Both the position numbers and the translations under genes were made by a program. This document shows, in pieces, positions 16,176 to 24,027 of a stretch of 24,027 nucleotides of DNA. This stretch comes from a virus (Duplodnaviria > Caudoviricetes), in IMG/VR virus record IMGVR_UViG_3300032270_000933, positions 1 to 24,027 of that record; one strand, written 5' to 3'. Positions within the stretch are counted from its first letter, which is position 1, and every line of letters begins with the position of its first letter. Under the pieces are notes generated by a model. It searched no databases, was not told the DNA's origin, and saw nothing but the letters and a program-made list of their open reading frames with translations.

Positions 16176-16706
16176 ATGACTGAAAACTCACTTTACTCAG
16201 AAGAGCCAGCAAAGCCAGCAAAGGCTGAGAAGGCTCCATCTGCCACACATGAACAGACAATCCTTTCTAAACTGAAGGAAACTATTCAAAAGAAAGTTGA
16301 ACGCCCGATTGTTCAACTGGAAGTTCCCGAGCGTCCTGGTGTTACTTTGCGCATTAGCCCAAATATCTCACAGAATCAGTTAAAGAACTGGCGCAAGCAG
16401 TGTGGCGAAGACAGTAAGAATGGCCTTGATGGCACTAAGTTTTCCTGCTTTGTAATTGGACACACAACAGTTGGTGTTTGTTTTGACGGAGAAGAAGTGC
16501 AAGATGACGCCGGCTACCCACTTAACTTTGCTTCTGCTGACATCCTCTCAATGACGGATACGTCTAGACCAATTCCAGACGCAGTTCGTGTGTTCTTTGG
16601 CGTTGACCCTCACCTTGAATCTGCTGCACTTGCAATCCTTGATGCTGCTGGATACTCGGATTCGGTCGCAACAGTGGACCCTACGATGGAGTCTTCGACG
16701 AACTAG
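16176..16706 (+). CDS. Tail assembly chaperone (lambda gpG equivalent)
   Basis: Located between the tube and tape measure genes, 176 aa, ends ...VDPTMESSTN. Confidence 0.75.
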   Translation: MTENSLYSEEPAKPAKAEKAPSATHEQTILSKLKETIQKKVERPIVQLEVPERPGVTLRISPNISQNQLKNWRKQCGEDSKNGLDGTKFSCFVIGHTTVGVCFDGEEVQDDAGYPLNFASADILSMTDTSRPIPDAVRVFFGVDPHLESAALAILDAAGYSDSVATVDPTMESSTN

Positions 16707-16873
16707 TTGACAACCCCTTAATCGTGTCCGCTGCACGGTTAGGTGAGTTGTTTGGGACAGACCCAATAAGTCTCCTAGACTCCGACGATAATGAATGGTT
16801 GATACGCCTTGCATGTGCTAAAGTTATTCAGCAAGACCGTGAGGACCAAGAGAAAAAGGCATCTAAGTCTTAG
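16679..16873 (+). CDS. -1 frame extension of the tail chaperone (gpGT equivalent): ...DP/YDGVFDELVDNPLIVSAARLGELFGTDPISLLDSDDNEWLIRLACAKVIQQDREDQEKKASKS
   Basis: The -1 frame is open from 16643 to TAG 16871-16873, has no ATG or SD of its own, and fills the gap to the tape measure gene. Confidence 0.7.
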   Translation, partial: PYDGVFDELVDNPLIVSAARLGELFGTDPISLLDSDDNEWLIRLACAKVIQQDREDQEKKASKS

Positions 16874-16903
16874 GGCCTCTATCTAGTAGTAAGCCGGACC
16901 TTC

Positions 16904-19900
16904 ATGTCTCAAAACGCATCAGCAGACATTAGAATTAATGTTGACTATGATGGTCGTGGGTTAAGAAGCGCGTCAAGAGATATTGACAGACTTACTCGCA
17001 AAAACAACGCCTTAGGTTCTTCGGGCAAGAAAAACGAAAACATGCTTAACACCACTATGAATAAGTGGAAAAAGCATTTTGACCAGTTTGACAAGATGAC
17101 TGCAATGGCTGGGAAGATGGGTCTTAAAGCCTTCTCTTTGGCCCTCAAGGGTGCAGCGCTTGAAATAGTAGCCCTCGGTGCTGCTCTTGTTGGCATCCAC
17201 GCCGCATTTGCTGCCGGTCAGTGGCTCATGAAGGCATACAGGGCCACTCTAGGGCCTATTGCCGCAGGTATGACAGCAATCGTTGCCGCAGCCAGCGTTG
17301 CTGCAGCCGCCATCCGTGAAAACCAAGCGGCTATGTGGGCATACAAAACTACATCAAAGGGTGAGTTTGGCTCAAGCATGAACCAGACACGCCAAGTAAT
17401 GCGTGCTCTCCATACAGACACCTATCTTGCTACTGCCGGTGTAGAAAACCTTAACAAAGCATTTGGAACAGTTTCAAAGTCCTCTACATGGACAATGAAC
17501 AGTCAGAACATGCTCAAAGGTTTGATGGACTTTGCTTCTGCTGGACAGCCAATTGAGCAGGGTATTCAAAAAGCGGCAGACCTAATTGCAATTATTCAGG
17601 ATACAAAAAAAGGATTTGGTCAAGCCAAAACTGCTGCACAGCAGTTGTTCCCGGACAAAGCAAAAGTTGACGAAGCGTTTAAGAAATTAAAAATTAATAA
17701 CAAGAAATCTCTTGAATCAGCAATTACTTCTGGTGAACTCGCTAAGGCGGCTGGTCTTGAAGGTCAATTTGAAGCGGTATCTGGAACATTAATTAATAAA
17801 CTCAAGGGCTACATGACGGTCCTTAAGAATGAGTTTGCCGACATAGGTCAACCGATGCTCGCACCAGTAAAAGATGCAGCCGAAAAGATTTTTAGAATCA
17901 TCCAAAGAGGAATTGTAAGAATATCTGGAGCCACTCAGAACTTTGGCATGGGTGGAATGCTTGATACTTTGGTAAACATTGTAGACAAGTTAACTACGAA
18001 GGCAACCGACTTTATTAATAACAATGTTAAAGGTTCGGTTGGAACTTTTGAAAAAATTGGTAATTGGTTTTCAAGATTTAAAGACGGTTGGAATTCAATT
18101 GTTGAAAAACTAAGACCAATGATAGACGGCGCAAGAGTCATTGAAAAAATGTTTGGCCGAGTCTGGGAGCATGTAAAAAATGCTTTCTCTGGAAAACTTG
18201 GTGAATTTAGCGATTGGCTTGTTGCTAACGAAAGCACCATGATGGAGTTTGGCGATAACGTTGGTGAATTAATTTCAAACATTATTAAAATGCAAGGCGA
18301 AGTTAAGAAAATAGTCATGGCTATTATGCCGTTTGTAAGCAGTGTTGTTGAGGGTATATCTTCAATGGTCAGCGGCATAACTAGTTTCTTAAAAATACTT
18401 AACGGTGGAAGCGGGCAGTTTAAAGCACTTGCGTTAATTATGGGTTACAAGATGACTATGGGCAGAATGGCTGGTACTAAGGGCGGGATGATTGCCCAAA
18501 CAACACCAATGAGCGCGTTTGGTTCGCAACAATATGCAAACCAAATGAGAAACGGCATTACAGGCGGAGGCCCTGGTGGTATCGGTGGAGTTGCCGCATC
18601 AAATACGTCGGTAATGAATGTAACGGCAAGCGTTGTAAATATTAATGGTGGCGGCGGCGGTGCTGGAGGAACACCCGTAGCGGGTGGTGGCGCTCTTGGT
18701 ACTACTGGAGCACTGTTTGCTCCTCCGGGAAGACCTGGTGGCGCTGGTGGTCCTGGTGGTCCTGGTGGTCCTGCCGCACCTCGTACACTTGGTGGGTTTC
18801 CTGTTTCTCCAACAATGGTGGTATCGCACGCAGACCCATATGCAATGAACAATGCTGGAGTTAACCAAAGAAGCATGCGAAGCATGTGGGGACCGAACAT
18901 CACGCCACAGTCAATGATGACTTCATCACCGCTATTTGACGACAATGGAAATAGAAGAAGAGCCGAATGGTATAGAGGCGATAGAGACTATGGAACAAAG
19001 ATTCGTAGGGAAGACGGAAAGTTTGGCAAAGTAGGAAAACTTGCCAACAAGTACGGTCAGTCCTATTATGACAACTTTGTCGCACAAGGCATGTCTGAGG
19101 AAGAAAGACTTGACCAAAGATACGCACAAGGCCACAAAAAAGAAGGTCAATTAACACGAAAAGCAAAACTTGCCCGCATTAAGAGTTTTACTCGTTACCA
19201 AAGAACAGAAAGCCGTGCTGGAAAAGCGTTCGGCAAATTTGAGGGTTCAATGGGCGCAAAAATGGGTGCTGGAATGGGTATGGGATTTCTTGCCTCTAAA
19301 GGTATAGGCGATAAAGGTTCAATGGCGCTTGGTTCTTCCTTGGCGATGATGAGTCCGACCCTTGGTCTTGCTGTTGGTTTTGGTGGAACTGCTCTTAAAG
19401 CAAAAACTGCTGGTGGCGGTGCGCTTGCTGGTGGAATTGGCGGAGCGGCTCTTGGTGCAAAACTTGGTGGGTTTACACCGCTTGGACCTATCGGCGGTGC
19501 TGTTGTGGGTGCCTTGCTTGGAACCGTAACAGGTGCCGTTATGGGTCAAATCAATAAGCACAAAGCAATGGCAAAGGCTGCCGGTCAGGCTGCAAAGTCG
19601 GCTGTTAGTTCAATGTTTAACGACGTACTAGGAGATACATTTAGGGCAGTTCAGCGCGAAGCGGGCACAAAGGGAAGAAGTTCCACAAGAGATATTGGAA
19701 AAATTTTTACTGAGCGAGCAAATAAAGCAAAAGAAATTATTGGGAATACTCCAGCAGAAAGAAACGTGTTCGGACCAGACGCTTTTCTCGGTGGTCGTGA
19801 CAATGGCGGGCAACTTGGTCTAAACATTGAACATATGACCGGTAAAAAAATGCCAAAAGTTGTTGGCAGATTAGTTGGAAGCATAACTACCCCTATTGAC

Positions 19901-21601
19901 GCAATCAGTAACGTTCTAGCCGGAACAGTAAAATTTTTTGGTGGTAAACGTCTTGTTAATAACAAATTCCTCAACCCTCTTGGTTACGGTACAGACAATA
20001 GAAAAGATGCCGATAGGCAGAGGCAAGAAGCCACAGTGACAAAGTTGTTTAGGAGACAGTCCGAGACTGGTTTCAAGATGACAAACAAGGAATATGAAGA
20101 TGCCTTAAAAAAGCCAGGCAAATTTCTTGATACTTTTACAAAAGAAATGGCAAACCGCGAAAAAGCCAATGGTCCAATCATGAAAGAGTACAACTCTCGA
20201 CTTGATGACCTTGGAAAAATTACAGGCAAGACAGACACTGAAATTGTTGACCTTGCAAAAAGTATGGGCGTAAACCTCTACGACTCAACAATGTCATTTA
20301 CTGAAGTTCTTGAAAAACTTGGCTTAGCGATGACAAGAACGGCAGAAGAAATGAATACTGCCTATATAAATGTTATTACAAAAAGCACAGATTATTTCCA
20401 AAAAAATATTGATGCGGCTAAAGCGCCAAAAATTTTAAATGAAGAATTTCGTAAGTACAGAGACATGGCGGATGCATCAAGTGGTGGCGTACTTGATACG
20501 GAAAGCAAAAATGAATTCATGAAAAGCATCATGGAGAAAAACCTTGCATATTTTGGTGGTGATACTACAAAAGCATTTGCTCAAACAATGCAAACATTCA
20601 AAACCGACGGTACTCTTTACGCCAAAGGTGGAGCGTTTTATGGCGCTAAAGACCAGGGGATGGATGTCCTGTTCAATGACTACATAAAGAATTCTGGCGT
20701 TATGTCTGGTCTTGCAGGAGAATCAAGCAGTCAATTGAACGCTATTCTTAATGATTCGGGAATAAGTGTAACTGCAAAAGACCTAGAAGCAGCAATGGCG
20801 GGGATGGACGACGCTCAAATGCAAAAATTCCTTGAAGCCTCCATAAATGGTTTCCAACTTCCTGAAGGAAGACAGGGAATGGACCTCAAGGACAAGTATG
20901 GCGCTACCGCTATTCTTGAATATCTTGGCATTGGAGGTATGAAAACAGAAAAATTTGATAAAGCCGCAAGAGACAAGGCAGCGACTGACCTTACTACTGC
21001 TTCAAAAGATATTGCTAGCGCTACGACTACATTGATTGATGAACTTGGAACTTTCTTTAAGGACAACCAGGGGCAACCAACATGGATGACAACCCCTCCT
21101 GATTGGTGGAACAAGAACGACACAATGACTCCTCGTGGTTCCACAATCGGTGATACGACATCTAGTCGTCTTTCTCAAACAATGGGTCGCCATGCGGCTA
21201 TGGATGGAATGCTTACAGGTTCAAGAACCATTACATCTTCTTACAGAAACTACGGTCTTGGCTCAATTAACTCTGACCATGTGACTGGAAGAGCGTATGA
21301 CTTGGTAGGGCAGAATCTCGGTCAATACTCCTCCCTTGTAAGCGCTGGCGGTGGATTTGCTGAGTTCCACGGAGTTGGTGGAGACCGTCATCTTCATGTT
21401 GTTCCAGGTCCTGGAATTGGCGACACAATGACGCCTGTTTCAAATGCTAAATCGATGGCAATGCCAACTCTTACAACTTCGGGTGGCGGCAATAGTTATA
21501 CAATCCATGTAAACGGTGGAAAAGATTCTGCCGAACAAATTGCGCAAGCAGTTATGCAAAGAATTCGCTCCGAAGAGCGCTCAAATAGGGAACGTAGTTA
21601 A
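16904..21601 (+). CDS. Tape measure protein with a C-terminal M15/LAS-type metallopeptidase motif
   Basis: 1565 aa, Ala/Gly-rich helical with hydrophobic segments, follows the chaperone; ITSSYR...SDHVTGRAYD...HLHV near the C-terminus. Confidence 0.92.
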   Translation: MSQNASADIRINVDYDGRGLRSASRDIDRLTRKNNALGSSGKKNENMLNTTMNKWKKHFDQFDKMTAMAGKMGLKAFSLALKGAALEIVALGAALVGIHAAFAAGQWLMKAYRATLGPIAAGMTAIVAAASVAAAAIRENQAAMWAYKTTSKGEFGSSMNQTRQVMRALHTDTYLATAGVENLNKAFGTVSKSSTWTMNSQNMLKGLMDFASAGQPIEQGIQKAADLIAIIQDTKKGFGQAKTAAQQLFPDKAKVDEAFKKLKINNKKSLESAITSGELAKAAGLEGQFEAVSGTLINKLKGYMTVLKNEFADIGQPMLAPVKDAAEKIFRIIQRGIVRISGATQNFGMGGMLDTLVNIVDKLTTKATDFINNNVKGSVGTFEKIGNWFSRFKDGWNSIVEKLRPMIDGARVIEKMFGRVWEHVKNAFSGKLGEFSDWLVANESTMMEFGDNVGELISNIIKMQGEVKKIVMAIMPFVSSVVEGISSMVSGITSFLKILNGGSGQFKALALIMGYKMTMGRMAGTKGGMIAQTTPMSAFGSQQYANQMRNGITGGGPGGIGGVAASNTSVMNVTASVVNINGGGGGAGGTPVAGGGALGTTGALFAPPGRPGGAGGPGGPGGPAAPRTLGGFPVSPTMVVSHADPYAMNNAGVNQRSMRSMWGPNITPQSMMTSSPLFDDNGNRRRAEWYRGDRDYGTKIRREDGKFGKVGKLANKYGQSYYDNFVAQGMSEEERLDQRYAQGHKKEGQLTRKAKLARIKSFTRYQRTESRAGKAFGKFEGSMGAKMGAGMGMGFLASKGIGDKGSMALGSSLAMMSPTLGLAVGFGGTALKAKTAGGGALAGGIGGAALGAKLGGFTPLGPIGGAVVGALLGTVTGAVMGQINKHKAMAKAAGQAAKSAVSSMFNDVLGDTFRAVQREAGTKGRSSTRDIGKIFTERANKAKEIIGNTPAERNVFGPDAFLGGRDNGGQLGLNIEHMTGKKMPKVVGRLVGSITTPIDAISNVLAGTVKFFGGKRLVNNKFLNPLGYGTDNRKDADRQRQEATVTKLFRRQSETGFKMTNKEYEDALKKPGKFLDTFTKEMANREKANGPIMKEYNSRLDDLGKITGKTDTEIVDLAKSMGVNLYDSTMSFTEVLEKLGLAMTRTAEEMNTAYINVITKSTDYFQKNIDAAKAPKILNEEFRKYRDMADASSGGVLDTESKNEFMKSIMEKNLAYFGGDTTKAFAQTMQTFKTDGTLYAKGGAFYGAKDQGMDVLFNDYIKNSGVMSGLAGESSSQLNAILNDSGISVTAKDLEAAMAGMDDAQMQKFLEASINGFQLPEGRQGMDLKDKYGATAILEYLGIGGMKTEKFDKAARDKAATDLTTASKDIASATTTLIDELGTFFKDNQGQPTWMTTPPDWWNKNDTMTPRGSTIGDTTSSRLSQTMGRHAAMDGMLTGSRTITSSYRNYGLGSINSDHVTGRAYDLVGQNLGQYSSLVSAGGGFAEFHGVGGDRHLHVVPGPGIGDTMTPVSNAKSMAMPTLTTSGGGNSYTIHVNGGKDSAEQIAQAVMQRIRSEERSNRERS
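18735..18773 (+). repeat. 9-bp tandem repeat (CTGGTGGTC-like, about 4 copies) encoding PGG/AGG units inside the tape measure gene
   Basis: CTGGTGGCG CTGGTGGTC CTGGTGGTC CTGGTGGTC CTG. Confidence 0.8.
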
Positions 21602-23199
21602 TGTCAAAAGAAGGCTCAACATATAAAAACCCAATTAAATCCTATACGGATGCTTCAAAATGGACAATTGAACAAAAAGCAATAGTAGAACAAGTATTTA
21701 GCAATCAAACCCCTGGAACATTTCTCCAAGACATGGGCCAAGATATTGGTGGCGGAACTATTAGCCAAAGCGTTTGGTACTGCACAAAGTATGTAACATC
21801 AGCACTCAACATTCGTATCTGGGTCCGAACATTTTTAAATGGCACTAAGGTTGTAGCAACAACCAATTACGCAATACTTATAAAAAGCGGAGAGGCTAAT
21901 TCAGGTGTATCTTTCTTCAGAACTACAGCGGGTGTTACGGAAAAGCGTATTACCTCTGCGTTTACGGGAAGGTTTGGCCAAAGCGATTCAATTAATCAAA
22001 GATGGAAGTTTCAATGGGGCGCATACACATTTATAGGTTTATCCGCTCCAGAACTTGAATCACTAAAAAAACAATTAGGTGGTGGGTCTGAAACAAGAGT
22101 AACTATACCTGGTGCAGCGGCAGCCAGTACTCCAGAAACAAATATAGAAACAACAAATAGCGCAAACTCAAGAACGACAGGAGGCAGGTCCGGTTCTGGG
22201 AAAAACAACGAAGAGACAAGCAACTCCCCAAGAACTGTAACAAACGCAGAAAAAGCCTGGGCGTTAAACAACCCAGCGGGAGTTGACTTCACTCCTAAGG
22301 CACCAAAAAAGTCTAGTAAATCAAATAAAAGTTCTCGCAATAATGCCCCCCAAAAAAATCCAAACAACGGTCTATCTACTGTGACTATAAAAAAAATGCC
22401 TGAAAAAATTTATTCCAACGGCATTAAATTTACAAATACAAATCCTTATATTGAGCAAAGATACACAATTCCAGGACCAATAAACTCTGAAGGCGTATCA
22501 GAGATTAGACAAATTGTTCGTAGACACATTTTTGATATTATCCCAAATACTTTTGAGTTCAGCAATTTAAGTTCGGCTTGGGAAGAAGTACCAAGAAATG
22601 GAAACTTTAACATGGTCGACTGGAGTAAGTACAATCTTACAAAAGTTGGTTTTAAATTTTTGATACAAGGAACAAGAACCGATACGTTCAATTTTGAACA
22701 ACAGAAGAAAGCGGACGGCTCTTTAATACCAATACCGCCCCCAATTAGCACTATAGTAAATGACGGAATGTCTATTTCTATCGACGAGCAAGTTGCAAAT
22801 ATTAGACAAATTGGTGCAGCGCCTTACCCTGTAAGACTTTATAACTTAAACACATTGTTAACTGATGAATATAGATTTCCTTATGAATCGCCCGGAAAAG
22901 GAATTCTTTGGGTGATTGGTGATATGAACATAACTGCTTCACGTGTTACTCCAAAAGCAAAAAATATTGCAGTAGCAGAAGTAAACATTAGTTTGATTGA
23001 ATACCCAGAAATTGGTAGAGATATTATTTTTCTTCCTCCACTTGTACCAACACAGCCAGTACCAAAATGTGTAGGTAAAAAGTGTAAAACAACAACCACA
23101 ACACCGTTGGGGTTACAAGTTGAAGGTACATATGGATATGTTCCAAAAAACGATTTACAGAGTCCAAGCCCATCACAACCTGATACCACACCTGCTTAA
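21601..23199 (+). CDS. Probable tail tube initiator / baseplate protein (P2 gpU-like C-terminal half) with a long N-terminal extension
   Basis: Directly after the tape measure gene; FDIIPNTFEFS..AWEEVPR...WVIGDMNIT...AEVNISLIEY; S/T/N/K-rich linker. Confidence 0.6.
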   Translation: MSKEGSTYKNPIKSYTDASKWTIEQKAIVEQVFSNQTPGTFLQDMGQDIGGGTISQSVWYCTKYVTSALNIRIWVRTFLNGTKVVATTNYAILIKSGEANSGVSFFRTTAGVTEKRITSAFTGRFGQSDSINQRWKFQWGAYTFIGLSAPELESLKKQLGGGSETRVTIPGAAAASTPETNIETTNSANSRTTGGRSGSGKNNEETSNSPRTVTNAEKAWALNNPAGVDFTPKAPKKSSKSNKSSRNNAPQKNPNNGLSTVTIKKMPEKIYSNGIKFTNTNPYIEQRYTIPGPINSEGVSEIRQIVRRHIFDIIPNTFEFSNLSSAWEEVPRNGNFNMVDWSKYNLTKVGFKFLIQGTRTDTFNFEQQKKADGSLIPIPPPISTIVNDGMSISIDEQVANIRQIGAAPYPVRLYNLNTLLTDEYRFPYESPGKGILWVIGDMNITASRVTPKAKNIAVAEVNISLIEYPEIGRDIIFLPPLVPTQPVPKCVGKKCKTTTTTPLGLQVEGTYGYVPKNDLQSPSPSQPDTTPA

Positions 23200-23215
23200 T
23201 TAGGTATGATTTTTT

Positions 23216-24027
23216 ATGTTTACGTATGAATCACTTCAAATAGGAAATTTGAGTAGAAAACAAATGGCGCTTGTTGCGTCAAACCTAATGAGCATTTCAG
23301 TCAATTATTCAATTGATATGGCAAATCAATTAACAATAACCATAATTGACCCTGGTTTTGAAATGGCAATCAATAACTATTTTCAAGTGGGCGTTGACGT
23401 AGTTTACGAAACAACACAACTTCTTATGGGGAACATACCTGGCGGTGAAGATATTGCGCTAACAGGGAGAATGCGCTACATATATGAAATGGTTGAAGTA
23501 AGTGTCGCTCAGTCTGGAGCAGCGTCTCCGATTTGGACTATTCAGGCAATGCCAAAAGCGGTACAACAAATGAAAAGAGATAAAACTACAAAAATAGGAG
23601 GCTCCGGCTATATGTACGCATATAACGTGGCCAAACATTTTGGACTCAAATTTGTTGGAGAAAATAGCGCAAGAATAAAATCACCAAAGAAAAACTCCGG
23701 CGCTAATCAAGCAGATTCTGTTTGGACACGATTAACAAGCATTGCATCAGAGTCTCAGTACGTGTGTTTTGTCATGGATGGAACTTTATATTTTGCTACA
23801 GAAAAATGGCTTCTATATAAATGGGGCACTCATCGACAGCCCGGAACAACTAAAAAAGACAAAAACGGCAAAGTCATTATAAATAAAAAAACAAAACTTC
23901 CTGAAATGAATGCTGCAAAATACTGGATACCGATGAATTATACAAATACTGATTCGTATTCAAGAGAATTTCAAGTTCTCTCACTTCCTTCAATGAGAAA
24001 ATCAGACAATGACCCTCGGCAAGGAGA
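23216..24027 (+). CDS. Probable baseplate hub protein (P2 gpD / T4 gp27-like), truncated by the window edge; not in the ORF track
   Basis: Open frame from ATG 23216 to the end: SISVNYSIDMANQLTITIIDP...DSVWTRLTSIASESQYVCFVMDGTLYF. TATGAT lies 5 nt upstream. Confidence 0.7.
   Translation, partial: MFTYESLQIGNLSRKQMALVASNLMSISVNYSIDMANQLTITIIDPGFEMAINNYFQVGVDVVYETTQLLMGNIPGGEDIALTGRMRYIYEMVEVSVAQSGAASPIWTIQAMPKAVQQMKRDKTTKIGGSGYMYAYNVAKHFGLKFVGENSARIKSPKKNSGANQADSVWTRLTSIASESQYVCFVMDGTLYFATEKWLLYKWGTHRQPGTTKKDKNGKVIINKKTKLPEMNAAKYWIPMNYTNTDSYSREFQVLSLPSMRKSDNDPRQG

Noticed and set aside
18560-18790. Collagen-like domain
   Set aside because: Only a few GGP/PGG units; too short and Gly-rich for a triple helix.
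16945-23189. Many antisense ORFs in the track (e.g. 17935-18378, 18445-18945, 22011-22367)
   Set aside because: They lie opposite long well-supported genes, show no motifs or evident RBS, and are expected shadows of codon bias.
14186-24027. Extracellular contractile injection system or tailocin
   Set aside because: Portal, terminase and head-tail adaptor genes in the same window indicate a DNA-packaging phage.
1-24027. Stop-codon reassignment
   Set aside because: TAA, TAG and TGA all end genes, and the standard code gives intact, densely packed ORFs.

Overview
A 24 kb segment of a tailed dsDNA phage with a contractile (myovirus-type) tail. No host genes, rRNA, tRNA, CRISPR array or integrase were seen. 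From left to right: (i) a leftward head unit (small membrane protein, HK97-type portal carrying a C-terminal MuF-like extension, and the start of another gene running off the left edge); (ii) a divergent rightward unit with the terminase large subunit followed directly by recombination genes (Rad52/22-like annealing protein, RecB/Cas4-like exonuclease, HNH); (iii) two minus-strand genes (GNAT-like protein, acidic beta-rich protein); (iv) RuvC-like resolvase, a coiled-coil protein and a ParB-like / IbrA-like PP-loop / IbrB-like cassette; (v) a 58-aa arginine-rich protamine-like gene at the head of the neck and tail genes (adaptor, tail completion, sheath, tube, chaperone with a probable -1 frameshift, tape measure with a C-terminal M15-type peptidase motif, baseplate genes). 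Several genes appear leaderless behind TAnnnT -10 boxes, which suggests an actinobacterial host (inference). By manual reading, GATC and AGCT are both completely absent. The best candidates for undescribed biology are the ParB-IbrA-IbrB cassette (possible DNA or protein modification system) and the adjacent protamine-like peptide. All family calls come from motif recognition, not database searches.
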